Positions 1-14,300 of a stretch of DNA of 64,000 bases are shown in pieces. Both the position numbers and the translations under genes were made by a program. Within the stretch, counting starts at the first letter, position 1, and the number at the start of each line of letters is the position of its first letter. The stretch is from the human T2T-CHM13v2.0 reference genome, Homo sapiens. Below the pieces are notes generated by a model that was not told where the DNA came from, searched no databases, and was given only the letters and a program-made list of their open reading frames with translations. Where the stretch lies: the NCBI RefSeq assembly GCF_009914755.1, contig NC_060928.1. One strand, written 5' to 3'.

Positions 1-287
1 TTTCCATAATGTGGATGGGCCTCATCCAATCAGTTAAAGGCCTTAATAGAGAAAAAACCGAGGTCCCGGGAAGATGAGGGAATTCAGAGCAGATTCCCTT
101 CAGACTCTTTAGAACTACAAGTCTTCCCTAGGTTTCCAGCCTGCCAGCCCACCCTGCAGTTTTTGGACTTGCCAGTCTGCACAATTGAGCAGGCTGATTC
201 CTTAAAATAAATCTCTTTTTCTCTCTCCCTCTTTCTCTATATACGCATCTTACTGGGTCTGTTTTTCTGGAAAATACTGACTGATAA
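1..287 (+). mobile_element. MLT2-family (ERVL) LTR, 3' part
   Basis: Motifs gggcctcatccaatcagttaaaggcctt, tttggacttgccag, AATAAA-tctc and the terminal ctgactgata resemble the recalled MLT2 LTR consensus. Confidence 0.7.
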
Positions 288-769
288 AGAAGTAATGACA
301 ACTCTAGAAAACTTCTTGCTACTTGATGGGAGAAACATTTGTACAGCATTTCCTAGGATGTGATCCATAAAACCCCGTTCTGAAGAATGTTCAATAGAAA
401 GGGGGACTCTGGAGATTACCAGTAAGTATTATTAGCTCATAACAGGCTCTGAAAATCTCCATAGTTAAGAAGCTCATTGACTTTTTTAAACTGAGAAATT
501 CCCAAATAAATCTGATCATGGAATCTTTTTTGCCCTGCATTAGTTACTGGCCACCGAGGGAATCTATATTACAGAACAATTTTGGGATTGATATTTTAAT
601 TTCATTCTCCCTTACCCAGAAGTTATATTTATCTGTACCCATTCTTTCCGCTTTCTGAGGTGCAGATGGTTTCTGCATCTGTCTAAGGCTGAGCCATCTG
701 GGTCTTAGGCCTCTGTATTTGTCTCTTAGAGTTCTCATATGTCAGGTAAGAAATCCAGCTAACTTTCTG

Positions 770-955
770 CTACCATCCTGTTAGGGAGATACCTTGGATG
801 TCCAGCCCTAAGCTATCTCTGTAGTCACCAGAAATGTGACTGAAGAAGGTTTCAGATGATTCCTGTCCTAGCCAACATCTGAGAGCAAACACATGAGAGA
901 CCTCAGTTGTAAACCACTCAGCTGAATCTGTAGTTGACCCATAGAAGTTCAAAAG

Positions 956-1003
<48 letters not shown>

Positions 1004-1035
1004 TGAGGTTTCAAGTCACTAGGTTTTGGGATAGT
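770..1035 (+). mobile_element. Old MaLR (MLT1-type) LTR fragment containing an (AAT)n microsatellite at ~956-1001
   Basis: ttcagatgattcctgtcctagccaacatctga...aaccactcagctgaa...aagtcactaggttttggg is typical of MLT1 3' ends. The AAT run is seen directly. Confidence 0.55.
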
Positions 1036-1039
1036 GTCA

Positions 1040-1230
1040 TGTGCTGAATATTTGTCCCACTCCCCCCCATTCATTTGTTGAAATTTGAACCCCTAATGTG
1101 ATGGTGTTAAGAGGTGGAGCCTGTGGAAGGTAAGTAGGTCATGAGAGTGGAGCCCTCATGAATGGGATTAGTGCCCTTATAAGAAGATGCCAGAGAGCTA
1201 ATCTGCTCTCTTTCAGACATGTGAGAGACA
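1040..1230 (+). mobile_element. MLT1A-like LTR 5' fragment
   Basis: gtaggtcatgagagtggagccctcatgaatgggattagtgcccttataagaag matches the recalled MLT1A/MST-type LTR motif. Confidence 0.65.
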
Positions 1231-1457
1231 TCTACATGCCTGTGTCGCTCATCAGATTTTAAATTCCTGAAGAGCAGACAGTGTGTCTTATTCTTCCTTG
1301 GATCCCCAGTACAGTGCCTGGAAACTAATTTGATCAATAAATTCATGTTAAATACTGAATAACATAAAGAGTGCGGGAAGAAGTGCTTGTGAGTTGTCAG
1401 GAAGAAGACTATCTTCACTATTGTATTTGAAGGGGGCTTTAAAAGATGTGTAGGTTA

Positions 1458-1919
<462 letters not shown>

Positions 1920-2269
1920 TCATAAGATTCATAGAGATATTATGAAAAAGAAGATGAGATACGGAGCTAAGAAAAAAATAATGTAGGGCAATGCTCGTTG
2001 CTACATTTCAATGGGTTTTGGTTTTTTAAAAATTTAATTAAAAAAACCCAGCAATTTCAAATAGTTTGACCTAAAGTAATAATAAACATGGTCTTGGACA
2101 AACCTATTCATTCCTTTAAATTATTCAAGGAAGGAAATGTTATCTTTTTTCAAAATGCCTACAAGGATTCTGTCTGACCCTGATGATAATTAACAAGTAC
2201 CTAGAGAAAGAAGAGACAAAGAGGTTAAGGAGTGGAAGAAGAAATTGCAAAATTTTAAAAAGTTAAAAC

Positions 2270-2520
<251 letters not shown>

Positions 2521-2535
2521 TTAAAAGCATTAGCA

Positions 2536-2831
2536 GGCCAGGTGCAGTGGTTCATGCCTGTAATCCCAGCAGTTTGGGAGGCCGAGGCAGGCAGATCACT
2601 TAGTCCAGGAGTTCCAGACCAGCCTGGTCAACATGGTGAAACCTCCCCTCTACAAAAAAATACAAAAATTAGCCAGGCGTGGTGGCATGTACCTGTAGTC
2701 CCAGCTACTCAGGAGGCTGAGGTGGGAAGATTGCTTGAACCCAGGAGGTGAAGTTGCAGTGAGCTGAGATTGTGGCACTGCACTCCAGCCTGGGTGACAG
2801 AGTGAGACCCTGTCTCAAACAAACAAACAAA
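2536..2831 (+). mobile_element. Full-length Alu (older J/S type)
   Basis: Alu dimer flanked by AAAAGCATTAG on both sides. Confidence 0.9.
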
Positions 2832-3215
2832 AAAAGCATTAGTGAAGAAATAGCAATATATTAGACTGTTGAAAATAAGATTAGAAAATATACTAAAATG
2901 AGCACATAGATTTCAGTTGATATTTATGTATGTAATTTTATGTACTCAGAAAAGTAACCTAGTAGATATGTAGATATTCTATTACTAAGAAAGGAGAAAC
3001 TTTTTTTGGTCTTACAATTAATGGGAATGTAAGAATGCTTTGAGAAGGTTACCAGTTTTCATGCCTGTGTTTAAAGAGGACAACTCTAACTTGGTTCATG
3101 TGGATTCTTAAACATACCAATCAAACCAAGGACTGCAAACGTGATAATACAATATGAAGCTTAATGCATATCTAAGTGAAATGTTTACCTGTCTTCATAA
3201 TAATTACTGTCGTTG

Positions 3216-3345
3216 GGCTGGGCATGGTGGCTCACGCCTGCAATTCCAGGACTTTGGGAGGCCGAGGCAAGTGGATCACCTGAGGTCAGGAGTTCAAGAC
3301 CAGCCTGACCACTGTGATGAAACCCCCTCTCTACTAAAAATGCAA
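3216..3345 (+). mobile_element. Alu left monomer followed by (AAT)n
   Basis: ggctgggcatggtggctcacgcctg through ctctactaaaaat; no right arm. Confidence 0.85.
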
Positions 3346-3652
3346 TAATAATAATAATAGTAATAATTACCATTGTCAAAGGTATCAGTGATTATTATGC
3401 TTCTGCTCATCAAATTTGGTTAACCTAGAGTGGCAAAACACCATTGATGTAATTGACTACTGGAGAAGTCACAAATCTATTTCAGCTTCACCTTTCTTAT
3501 TATCTTTTGACATGATGGTGCATTAGATGAATATTTTTATACATATATAAATTTATAGAAATGTATGTATAATCTGGTTTGCCAAAATTACATACTTTAA
3601 CAGCAAAGTGAAAAATCCTAATTGGTTAAAAAAAAAAAAGGCCATGAATAAG

Positions 3653-3962
<310 letters not shown>

Positions 3963-4971
3963 CTATTTGGCTGATATTTCATGTTGAGATGCTTTGATGG
4001 CATTGCTTTACTGTCTTATTAAATTATGTCAATGGAAGGTTTTCACACATCTTTATCGAGGTTGGACTGGTTTGCCACTGACAGATGACTTATCTTCAGA
4101 GTAAGCTACTCTTTTCTAGACCAATCTTTTTCCTTTTGCTAATTAAGAATTGACTCCTCTGGAATCCTTTTATTGACCATGAAGGATGGTAGGAAGGAAG
4201 TCTCAAGGAGAAAATGCTATGTGTAATCTATTCTAAGCATTATTTAAAGTTGGCAAAGAAAAATGTGGGACATAGTGTTCTCAGTGTTAGCCATTTTTAT
4301 TCTACTAGCAATTTTCTCCAAAATCAGAACATCTTGAGGTCTCCAGATTGGAAAAGAATCAATTTTTGTGGCAGAGTGAAATCAACCTTTTTCAAATAAC
4401 CAAGCTGTGGTGTTGTAAATTCAAAAATAGTCTCCAAATAGCTGCAACTTTCAACTGTTCTTACAAATAAAAACATTTTTAAAAAACCAGTTTTATCCAC
4501 TTCCAAATCCTAAGACAAAGAATTAATTAAACTACCTTCATGGAAAAGAGACAAACATTTTTAAAAATCAAATGCATTCTGACATAAAAACATTACAAAC
4601 ACTTGCTTACTTAAGATTAGAAAAACCAACCAAAGTGATGCCCATAAAAATGGTGAAATTACATTATGAGCCTATGGAAGAGCTGATCTTAACTATCATA
4701 TTCAGTATTAATTTTTTGAAAACAATATTCATCTTAAAGACTTTTCACTATTAAATATAATCCAACCTTAACAAACATTTAAAACAAATGCTTGTGTAAC
4801 CACCATGCACGTTATGAAAAATAATACTGCTGCCTCTCCAAAGCAACTCCATAACCCTCCCCCAGAGACAACTTAGCCTGACTGTGGCAATCACTTCCTT
4901 GCATATCTTTTACTTAATATATAAATATGCACCTAAATATGTGTTCTGAAATACTATTGTGTGAGTTTTGC

Positions 4972-5056
4972 CAATGGCTACTGGCTACTACATTGAAACA
5001 TGCAGATACAGAACACCTCGTCATCTCAGAAAGCTCTTCTGGACAAGCTGCTCTAG
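4972..5056 (+). mobile_element. MER3-like hAT-Charlie DNA transposon fragment
   Basis: ggctactacattgaaacatgcagatacagaacacc...agaaagctcttctggaca resembles the recalled MER3 end. Confidence 0.5.
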
Positions 5057-5589
5057 AATGACAACAACTTCAGAGCCTAGCCTATGACTCATTCTTCTTA
5101 TATCTCCATGCCCTGACCCCCACCACAATGCCTAACACAGTATTCTTTTGACAATTGCCTGTTGGACTAGACTACCTCCAAGGAGGTTTAGAGTCCAGTG
5201 GTGAAAATAGAAAATAAGCAGAATGCTAAATGAGGTTCCAAAGGCTGAGAACATGACACAAGTGGCCAATATAATAGTTTCCCAATACCCTAAATATGTG
5301 AGAAGGAGACTATGAAACAAGTATTAGTGATCATTTACCTTCAGCTTATGAAGGGGAACAGGTGGTGGGGGGGTGCGGAGAGAGAAAAGAGGAGAGAAAA
5401 AGAGATTCCTTCAGATAGGTTTGGAATGTTCTTGTATCACTCCCAGTCTCCATTCATAACGTAATGTGGGATAAGGGGAGGATTGCTTTCTCTTCGTCAT
5501 AAACCAAGTAAGAAAGGTATTAAGGAGACCGCTTAAAGAGCTTGTATGTGTCTCCTGGAGCCTGGAGAACATACAGACGTCAAAAATAT

Positions 5590-5750
5590 AATATTTGGAA
5601 TCCCTGGCTCTTTGACTTGCTGACTCTGTGACATTGGGCAAGTTAGATAACCTCTTGGCATTTCAGTTTCCTCATTTTAAGTTTTGGATATGACAATACC
5701 TATTTCACAGGGTTAACATAGGCATTAAATGAGAAAATCCATGCAAGGTA
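5590..5750 (+). mobile_element. MIR SINE
   Basis: Core tgtgacattgggcaagttagataacctct...cagtttcctcatt. Confidence 0.75.
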
Positions 5751-7041
5751 CCAATAATAGCAAATTACTTCACTTCATTTGAATTGGGTCTGCTGGTTGG
5801 CAAATTCCTTTTACTATAAATCTTTGAACACGGTCTTAAGCTCAGCAGCTTTTGGCAGCTAAGCAGAAAATCTGGCTTTCTGCCAAACATGTGCTCTTTA
5901 TTGTAAAATATGGAATGTTGTCTCTAGGAGATACTTTGCTGGGCTCAGGACTCCTTCCCCTCCTCCTTGCACTCAAATATGCCCATGTCACAATGATCAT
6001 CAATGCAGTGTGAGTGGAAGTGATCTGTAATACTTCTAGACGGGGTTTCCCTTTTTCCTCCCTTCACACATTCCACCTTATCCACCACCATTTTGCCTCA
6101 GGTAGCAGGTAATTGAGTTATTAATTATCTTTAGTTTTTGACATGCTATTATTTCATTTTTGTTTTTTCCTTTTAGCTTCCATCCCCACACCCTTGCTGT
6201 TTTCCCCATATCCCACAAACAGCTGAACTCTGATATTTTGGTTTATCTTTAGATACACGTGTATCTTAGAAAACTCTATTGTCCTGTGTGTTTTAAATTC
6301 GTACAAATAATATGGTGTCACAGTTCTTATAAAATGTATATGCATGGATTAAGGAATTACATTCTCTCTCATATCCTATTAATTTTTGTAAGATATGAGG
6401 TTATATTGTACGAATATTTTGCATACGTGTTTCTATTCTTAGAATGTGAATATAAAGTAGAGAGGCTGTGTCTATCACTGGTGCCTGGAACAGTTCCTAA
6501 CCCAAGGAAAGCACAAAATTCAACTGTGGAGTAGACGTTTGAATGGATACACAAGTATAATATTTGAAAAAGTTAATTGTTTTGGTTTTTCCCTCTAGAA
6601 AAATCCTTGATTTATCCAAGTTCCATGTGCTTTAACATAAAACTGAGACACTGATTTGTGAGAGTATTGCCTACTGAAGGTTACTGCGTGGTTCGATGAG
6701 TCCTATTTCCATCCATTTAAATTCAAAGCTACAATCTCACATAAATAAGGAAGAAATTATAATTGTAATTAACTCTTAATTATATTTATGTACATTTTTA
6801 TTGAATGCATCTTATGTAATGCTCATTATTGTGTATTGAATTTGCTTTTTAGTGAATATAATTTATATACAATAAAAATAAATTAATCCATCTGAATTTT
6901 GTATACTTAAGTTGTATAGACTTACAATTTTATAGTTATATAAAATTACCCTTTATTTGTAAGAAATACATCCAGGTTTCATACTGATATTATGAAATAT
7001 ATGAATTGATTCTCCAGATTGTCTATTTAAAATTAAAAAAA

Positions 7042-7325
7042 ATTTTTTGAGACAGGGTCATGCTCTGTCACCCAGGTTGGAGTGCAATAGCAAGATCACA
7101 GCTCACTGTAGCCTTGACCTCACGGGCTAATGCAATCTTCCTGCCTCAGCTCCCAAGTAGCTGGGACTACAGGTGCACGCCACCAACACCTGGCTCATTT
7201 TTTAAATTTTTAGTAGAGATGAGATCCTGCTATGTTGCCAAGGCTGGTCTTGAATTCCTAGGCTCAGATGATCCTCCTACCTCATTCCCTCAAAGTGCTG
7301 GGATTACAGGTGTGAGCCAGGCCTT
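7042..7325 (-). mobile_element. AluJ, antisense
   Basis: ttttgagacagggtc...caaagtgctgggattacaggtgtgagcc. Confidence 0.9.
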
Positions 7326-7329
7326 TTTA

Positions 7330-8045
7330 TAGTTTTTAATTTTTAATTTTTTGGGGTACATAGTAGGTATATCTATTTATGATGTATAGAGGATATTTTT
7401 GATATAGGCATACAATGTGTAATAGTTACATTAGAGTAAATTGAGTATCCATCCCCTCAAGTATTTATCCTTTGTATTACGAACAAACCAATTATACTCT
7501 TTTAGTTATCTTAAAATGTACAATTAAATTATTATTGACTACAGTCACCCTACTGTGCTATCGAATGCTAGGTTTTATTCATTCTTTCTAACTATTTTTT
7601 TGTACTCACTAACAATCCTCACTTCCCCTTGCGCTCACCTCCTCACTACTCCTCCCAGCCTCTAGTAACTGTCTTTCTACTCTCTCTCTCTGTGAGTTCA
7701 ATTGTTTTAACTTTGGGCTCCCACAAATAAGTGAGAACATGTGAAGTTTGTCTTTCTGTGCCTGGCTTATTTCACTTAATATAACATTCTCCAGTTCCAT
7801 CCATGTTGTTGCTAATGACGATCTCATTCTTTTTCTTTTTTATGGCTGAATAGTACTTCATTGTGTATATGTACCACATTTTCTCTATTCATCCATCTGT
7901 TGATGGACACTTAAGTTGCTTCTAAATCTTGGCTATTGTGAATAGGGTTGCAATAAACATGAGAGTGCAGATATCTCTTCAATAACCTGATTTCCTTTTT
8001 TTCAATATATAGTTAGCAGTGGAATTGCTGGATCATATATTAGTG
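7330..8045 (-). mobile_element. L1MA-type 3' end, antisense
   Basis: L1 3'UTR/ORF2-end motifs; ORF 7609..7827(-) reads TTWMELENVILSEISQAQKDK, a known L1 3'-end translation. Confidence 0.85.
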
Positions 8046-8329
8046 CTGTCAGACTATATAACATTTGATGACTCTATTGATACTGAAGACCTGGTTAAGT
8101 ATCTGACATAATATTTTATCCTTAGCTTCTTTTTATGGAAAAATTTTAAAATACACAAAATTAGAGAAAATGGCATAATAAACCATTATTATTCATACCT
8201 AGTGTCAGAAGTGATCAATCCATAACCAAATCAGTTTTATCTATTTCCCTACCCAATTATACACTCCCATTTATTTTGAAGCAAATTCCAGACAGCATAG
8301 CATATCAGTATCTTAAAGTTAAGGATTCT

Positions 8330-11300
8330 TCAGTTGGAAATGCAGAAATCACCTGCCTTCTGTATTGGTCTTGCTGGGAGCTGCAGACTGGAGCAGTTCC
8401 TATTTGGCCATCTTGCCAGATTCCCTGGTTCATCTCACTGGGACTGCTTAGACAGTGGGTGCAGCCCATGGAGGGCAAACCGAGCAGGGTGGGGCATCAC
8501 CTCACCTGAGAAGTGTAAGGGGCCTGGGAATTCTCTCCCTTAGCAAAGGGAAGCCATGAGAGATTGTGCCATGAGGGAAGATGTTATCCAGCTCAGATAC
8601 TATGCTTTCCCCATGGTTTTTGCAACCCGTAGACCAAGAGATTCCCTCGAGTGCCTAGGCCACCAGGGCCCTGGGTTTCAAGCACAAACTGGGAGGCTGT
8701 TTGGGCAGACACTGAGCTAGCTGCAGGAGTTTTTTTTGTTTTTTTGTTTTTTTTGCACCCCAGTGACACCTGGAACCCCAGCGAGACAGAAACGTTCACT
8801 CCCCTTAAAAGGTGGCTGAAGCCAGGGAGCCAAGTGGTCTTGTTCAGTGGGTCTCACCCCCACAGAGCCCAGCAAGCTAAGGTCGACCTGGGACGCTGGA
8901 GGTTGGTGGGGGGAGGGGTGTCTGCCATTACTGAGGCTTGAGTAGGCAGTTTTCCCCTCACAGTGTAAACAAAGCCGCTAGGAACTTCAGACTGGGCAGA
9001 ACACACCACAGTGCAGCAAAGCCGCTGTAGCCAGACTGCCTCTCCAGATTCCACCTCTCTGGGCATCTCTGAAAGAAAGGCAGCAGCCCCAGTCAGAGCC
9101 TTATAGATAACACTCCCATCTTCCTGGGACAGAGCACCTGGGGGAAGGGGCGGCTGTGCGTGCAGCTTCAGCAGACTTAAATGTTCCTGCCTGCTGGCTC
9201 TCAAGAAAGCAGCAGATCTCCCAGCACAGCGCTCAAGCTCTGCTAAGGGACAGACTGCTTCCTCAAGTGGGTCCCTGACCCCCGTGCCTCCTGACTGGGA
9301 GACACTTCCCAGCAGGGGTCAACAGGCACCTCATACAGGAGAACTCCAGCTGGCATCTGGTGGGTGCCCCTCTGGGACGAAGCTTCCAGAGGAAGAAGCA
9401 GAAAGCAATCTTTGCTGTTCTGCAGCCTCCGCTGGTGACACCCAGGCAAACAGGGCCTGGAGTGGACCTCCAGCAAACTCCAGCAAACCTGCAGCAGAGG
9501 GGCCTGACTGTTACAAGGAAAACTAATAAACAGAAAGGAATAGCTTCAACATCAACAAAAAGGATGGCCACGCAAAAACCCCATCCAATCAACAGCATCA
9601 AAGATCAAAGATAGATAAATCCACAAAGACGAGAAACAGCCAGTGCGAAAAGGCTGAAAATTCCAAAACCAGAATGCCCCTTCTCCTCCAAAGGATCACA
9701 ACTCCTCACCAGCAAGGGAACAAAACTAGATGGAGAATGAGTATGATGAATTGACAGAAGTAGACTTCAGAAGGTGTAACCCAATGCAAGGAAGCTAAGA
9801 ACCTCGAGAAAAGGTTAGAGGAATTGCTAACTGGAATAACCAGTTTAGAGAAGACATAAATGACCTGATGGAGCTGAAAAACACAGCACAAGAACTTTAT
9901 GAAGCACACACAAGTATCAATAGCCAAATCGATAAAGTGGAAGAAAGGATATCAGAGATTGAAGATCAACTTAATGAAATAAAGCGTGAAGACAAGATTA
10001 GAGAAAAAAGAATGAAAAGGAATGAACAAAGACTCCAAGAAATACAGGACTATTGGAAAGACTAAACCCATGCTTGATTGGTGTACCTGAAAGTGACAGG
10101 GAGAATGGAACCAAGTTGGAAAACACACTTCAGGATATTATCCAGGAGAACTTCCCCAACCTAGCAAGACAGACCAACATTCAAATTCAGGAAATAGAGA
10201 GAACACCACAAACATACTCCTTGAGAAGAGCAACCCCAAGACACATAATTGTCAGGTTCACCATGGCTGAAATGAAGGAAAAATGTTAAGGGAAGTCAGA
10301 GAGAAAGGTCAGGTTACCTACAAAGGGAAGCCCTTCAGACTAACAGTAAATCTGTCTGCAGAAACCCTACAAGCCAGAAGAGAGTGGGGGCAATATTCAA
10401 CATTCTTTTTTTTAAAATTTTATTATTATTATTCTTTAAGTTTAATAATAATAATTTATTATTATTATTATTTAAGTTTTAGGGTACATGTGCACAATGT
10501 GCAGGTTTGTTACATATGTATACATGTGTCATGTTGGTTCAACATTCTTAAAGAAAAGAATTTTCAACCCAGAATTTCATATCCAGCCAAACAAAGCTTC
10601 ATAAGTGAAGGAGAAATAAAATCCTTTACAGAAAAGCAAATGCTGAGAGATTTTGTCACCACCAGGCCTACTTTACAAGAGCTCCTGAAGGAAGCACTAA
10701 ATATGGAAAGGAAAAACCAGTACCAGCCACTGCAAAAACATACTAAAATGTAAAGACCAATGACACTGTGAAGAAACTGCATCAACAAATGTGCAAAATG
10801 AACAGCTAGAATCATAATGACAGGATCAAATTCACATATAACAATATTAACCTTAAAGGTAAATGGGCTAAATGCCCCAATTAAAAGACACAGACTGGCA
10901 AATTGGATAAAGATTCAAGACCTATCGGTGTGCTGTATTCAGGAGACCCATCTCACGTGCAAAGACACACATAGGCTCAAAATAAAGGGATGGAGGAATA
11001 TTTACCAAGAAAATGTAAGGAAAAAAAAGCAGGGGTTTCAATCCTAGTCTCTGATAAAACTGACTTTAAACCAACAAAGACAAGAAAAGACAAAGAAGGG
11101 CATAACATAATGGTAAAGGGATCAATGCAACAAGAAGAGCTAACTATCCTAAATATATATGCACCCAATATAGGAGCACCCAGATTCATAAAGCAAGTTC
11201 TTAGAGACCTACAAAGAGACTTAGACTCCCACACAATAATAGTAGGAGACTTTAACACCCAACTGTCAATATTAGAAAGATCAATGAGAGAGAAAATTAA

Positions 11301-14300
11301 CAAGGATATTCAGGACTTGAACTCAGCTCTGGACCAAGAGGACTTAATAGACATCTACAGAAATCTCCACCCCAAATCCACAGAATATACATTCTTCTCA
11401 GCTCATAGCACTTATTCTAAAATTAACCACATAATTGGAAGTAAAACACTCCTCAGCAAATGCAAAAGAACAGAAATCATGACAGTCTCTCAGACCACAG
11501 TGCAATCAAATTAGAACTCAGGATTAGAAGAAACTCACTCAAAACTGCACAACAAATGGAAACTGAACAACCTGCTCCTGAATGACTATTGCATAAATAA
11601 TGAAATTAAGGCAGAAATAAAGAAGTTATTTGAAACCAGTGAGAATGAAGACACAACGGGCCAGAATCTCTGGGACACAGCTAAAGCAGTGTTTAGAGGG
11701 AAATTTATAGCACTAAATACCCATAGGAGAAAGCAGGAAAGATCTAAAATCAACTCCCTAACATCACAATTAAAAGAACTAGAGAAGCAAGAGCAAACAA
11801 ATTCAAAAGCTAGTAGAAGACAAGAAATAACTAAGACCAGAGTAGAACTGAAGGAGATAGAGACATCGAAAACCCCTTCAAAAAATCAACGAACCTAGGA
11901 GCTGGTTTTTTGAAAAGATTAACAGACTAGATAGACTGCTAGGCAGACTAATAAAGAAGAAAAGACAGAAGAATCAAATAGACACAATAAAAAATGATAA
12001 AGGGGATATCACCACTGATCCCACAGAAATACCAACTACCATCAGAGAATACTATAAACACTTCTATGAAAATAAATTAGAAGATCTAGAAGAAATGGAC
12101 AAATTCCTGGATACATACACCCTCCCAAGACTAAACCAGGAAGAAGTCGAATCCCTGAATAGACCAATAACAAGTTCTGAAATTGAGGCAGTAATTAGTA
12201 GCCTACCAACCAAAAAAAGCCCAGGACCAGATGGATTCACAGCTGAATTCTACCAGAGGTACAAAGAGCAGCTGGTACCATTCCTTCTGAAACTATTTCA
12301 AATAACCTAGAAAGAGGGACTCCTCCCTAACTCATTTTGAGGCCAGCATCATCCTAATTCCAAAACCTGGCAGAGACACAATAAAAAAAGAAAACTTCAG
12401 GCCAATGTCCCTGATGAACATCAATGTGAAACTCCTCAATAAAATACTGGCAAACTGAATCCAGCAGCACATCAAAAAGCTTATCCACCACGACCAAGTC
12501 AGCTTCATCCCTGGGATGCAAGGCTGGTTCAACATATGAAAATCAATAAATGTAATCCATCACATAAACCAAACCAATGACAAAAACCACATGATTATCT
12601 CACTAGATGCAGAAAAGGCCTTTGACAAAATTCAATGCCCCTTCATGCTGAAAACAGTCAATAAACTAGATATTGATGGAACATATCTCAAAGTAATAAG
12701 AGCTATTTATGACAAACCCATAGCCAATATCATACTCAATGGGCCAAAGATGGAAACATTCCCTTTGAAAATTGGCACAAGAAAAGGATGCCCTCTCTCA
12801 CCACTTGTATTCAACATAGTATTGGAAGTTCTGGCTAGGGCAATCAGGCAAGAGAAAGAAATAAATGGTATTCAAATAGGAGGAGAGGAAGTCAATTTGT
12901 CGTATATTTAGAAAAACCCATTGTCTCAGCCTCAAACCCCCTGAAGCTGATAAGCAACTTCAGTGAAGTCTCACTATACAAAAACAATGTGCAAAAATCA
13001 CAAGCATTCCTATACACCAATAATAGACAAACAGAGAGCCAAATCATGGGTGAATTCCCATTCACAATTGCTATAAAGAGAATAAAATACCTAGGAATAC
13101 AACTTACAAGGGATATGAAGGACCTCTTTAAGGGGAACTACAAACCACTGCTCAAGGAAGTAAGAGAAGACACAAACAAATGGAAAACATTCCATGCTTA
13201 TGGATAGGAAGAATCAATATCATGAAAATGGCCATACTGCCCAAAGTAATTTATAGATTCAATGCTATTGCCATCAAGCTACTATTGACTTTCTTCACAC
13301 AATTAGAAAAAAGCTACTTTAAATTTCATATGGGACCCAAAAAGAGCCAGTATAGCCAAGACAATCCTAGGCAAAAAGAACAAAGCTGGAGGCATCACAC
13401 TACCTGACTTCAAACTATACTACAAGGCTACCGTAACCAACACAGCATGGTACTGGTATCAAAACAGATATATAGACCAATGGAACAGAACAGAGGCCTC
13501 AGAAATAACACCACACATCTGCAACCATTTGATCTTTGACAAACCTGACAAAAACAAGAAATGGGGAAAAGATTCCCTATTTAATAAATAGTGTTGGGAA
13601 AACTGGCTAGCCATATACAGAAAACAGAAACTGGACCCCTTCCTTACATCTTATACAAAAATTAACTCAAGATAATTAAAGACTTAAATGTAAGACCTAA
13701 AACCATAAAAACCCTAGAAGAAAACCAAGGCAATACCATTCAGGACATAGGCATGGGCAAAGACTTCATGACTAAAACACCAAAAACAATGGCAACAAAA
13801 GCTGAAATTGACAAATGGGATCTAATTAAAATAAAGAGCTTCTGTACAGCAAAAGAAACTATCATCAGAGTGAACATGCAACCTACAGAAAGGGAGAAAA
13901 TTTTTGCAATCTATCCATCTGACAAAGGTCTAATATCCAGAATCTACAAGGAACTTAAACAAATTTACATGAAAAAAATAACCCCATCAAAAGTGAGCAA
14001 AGGATACGAACAGACACTTCTCAAAAGAAGACATTTATGTGGCCAGTAAACTTATGAAAAAAAGCTCATCATCACTCGTCATTAGAGAAATGCAAAACAA
14101 AACCACAATGAGATACCATCTCGTGCCAGTTAGAATGGCAATCATTAAAAAGTCAGAAAACAACAGATGCTGGAGAGGAAGTGGAGAAATAGGAATGCTT
14201 TTACACTGTTAGTGGGAGTGTAAATTAATTCAACCATTGTGGAGTACAGTGTGGCAATTCCTCAAGGATCCAGAACCAGAAATACCACTCGATCCAGCAA

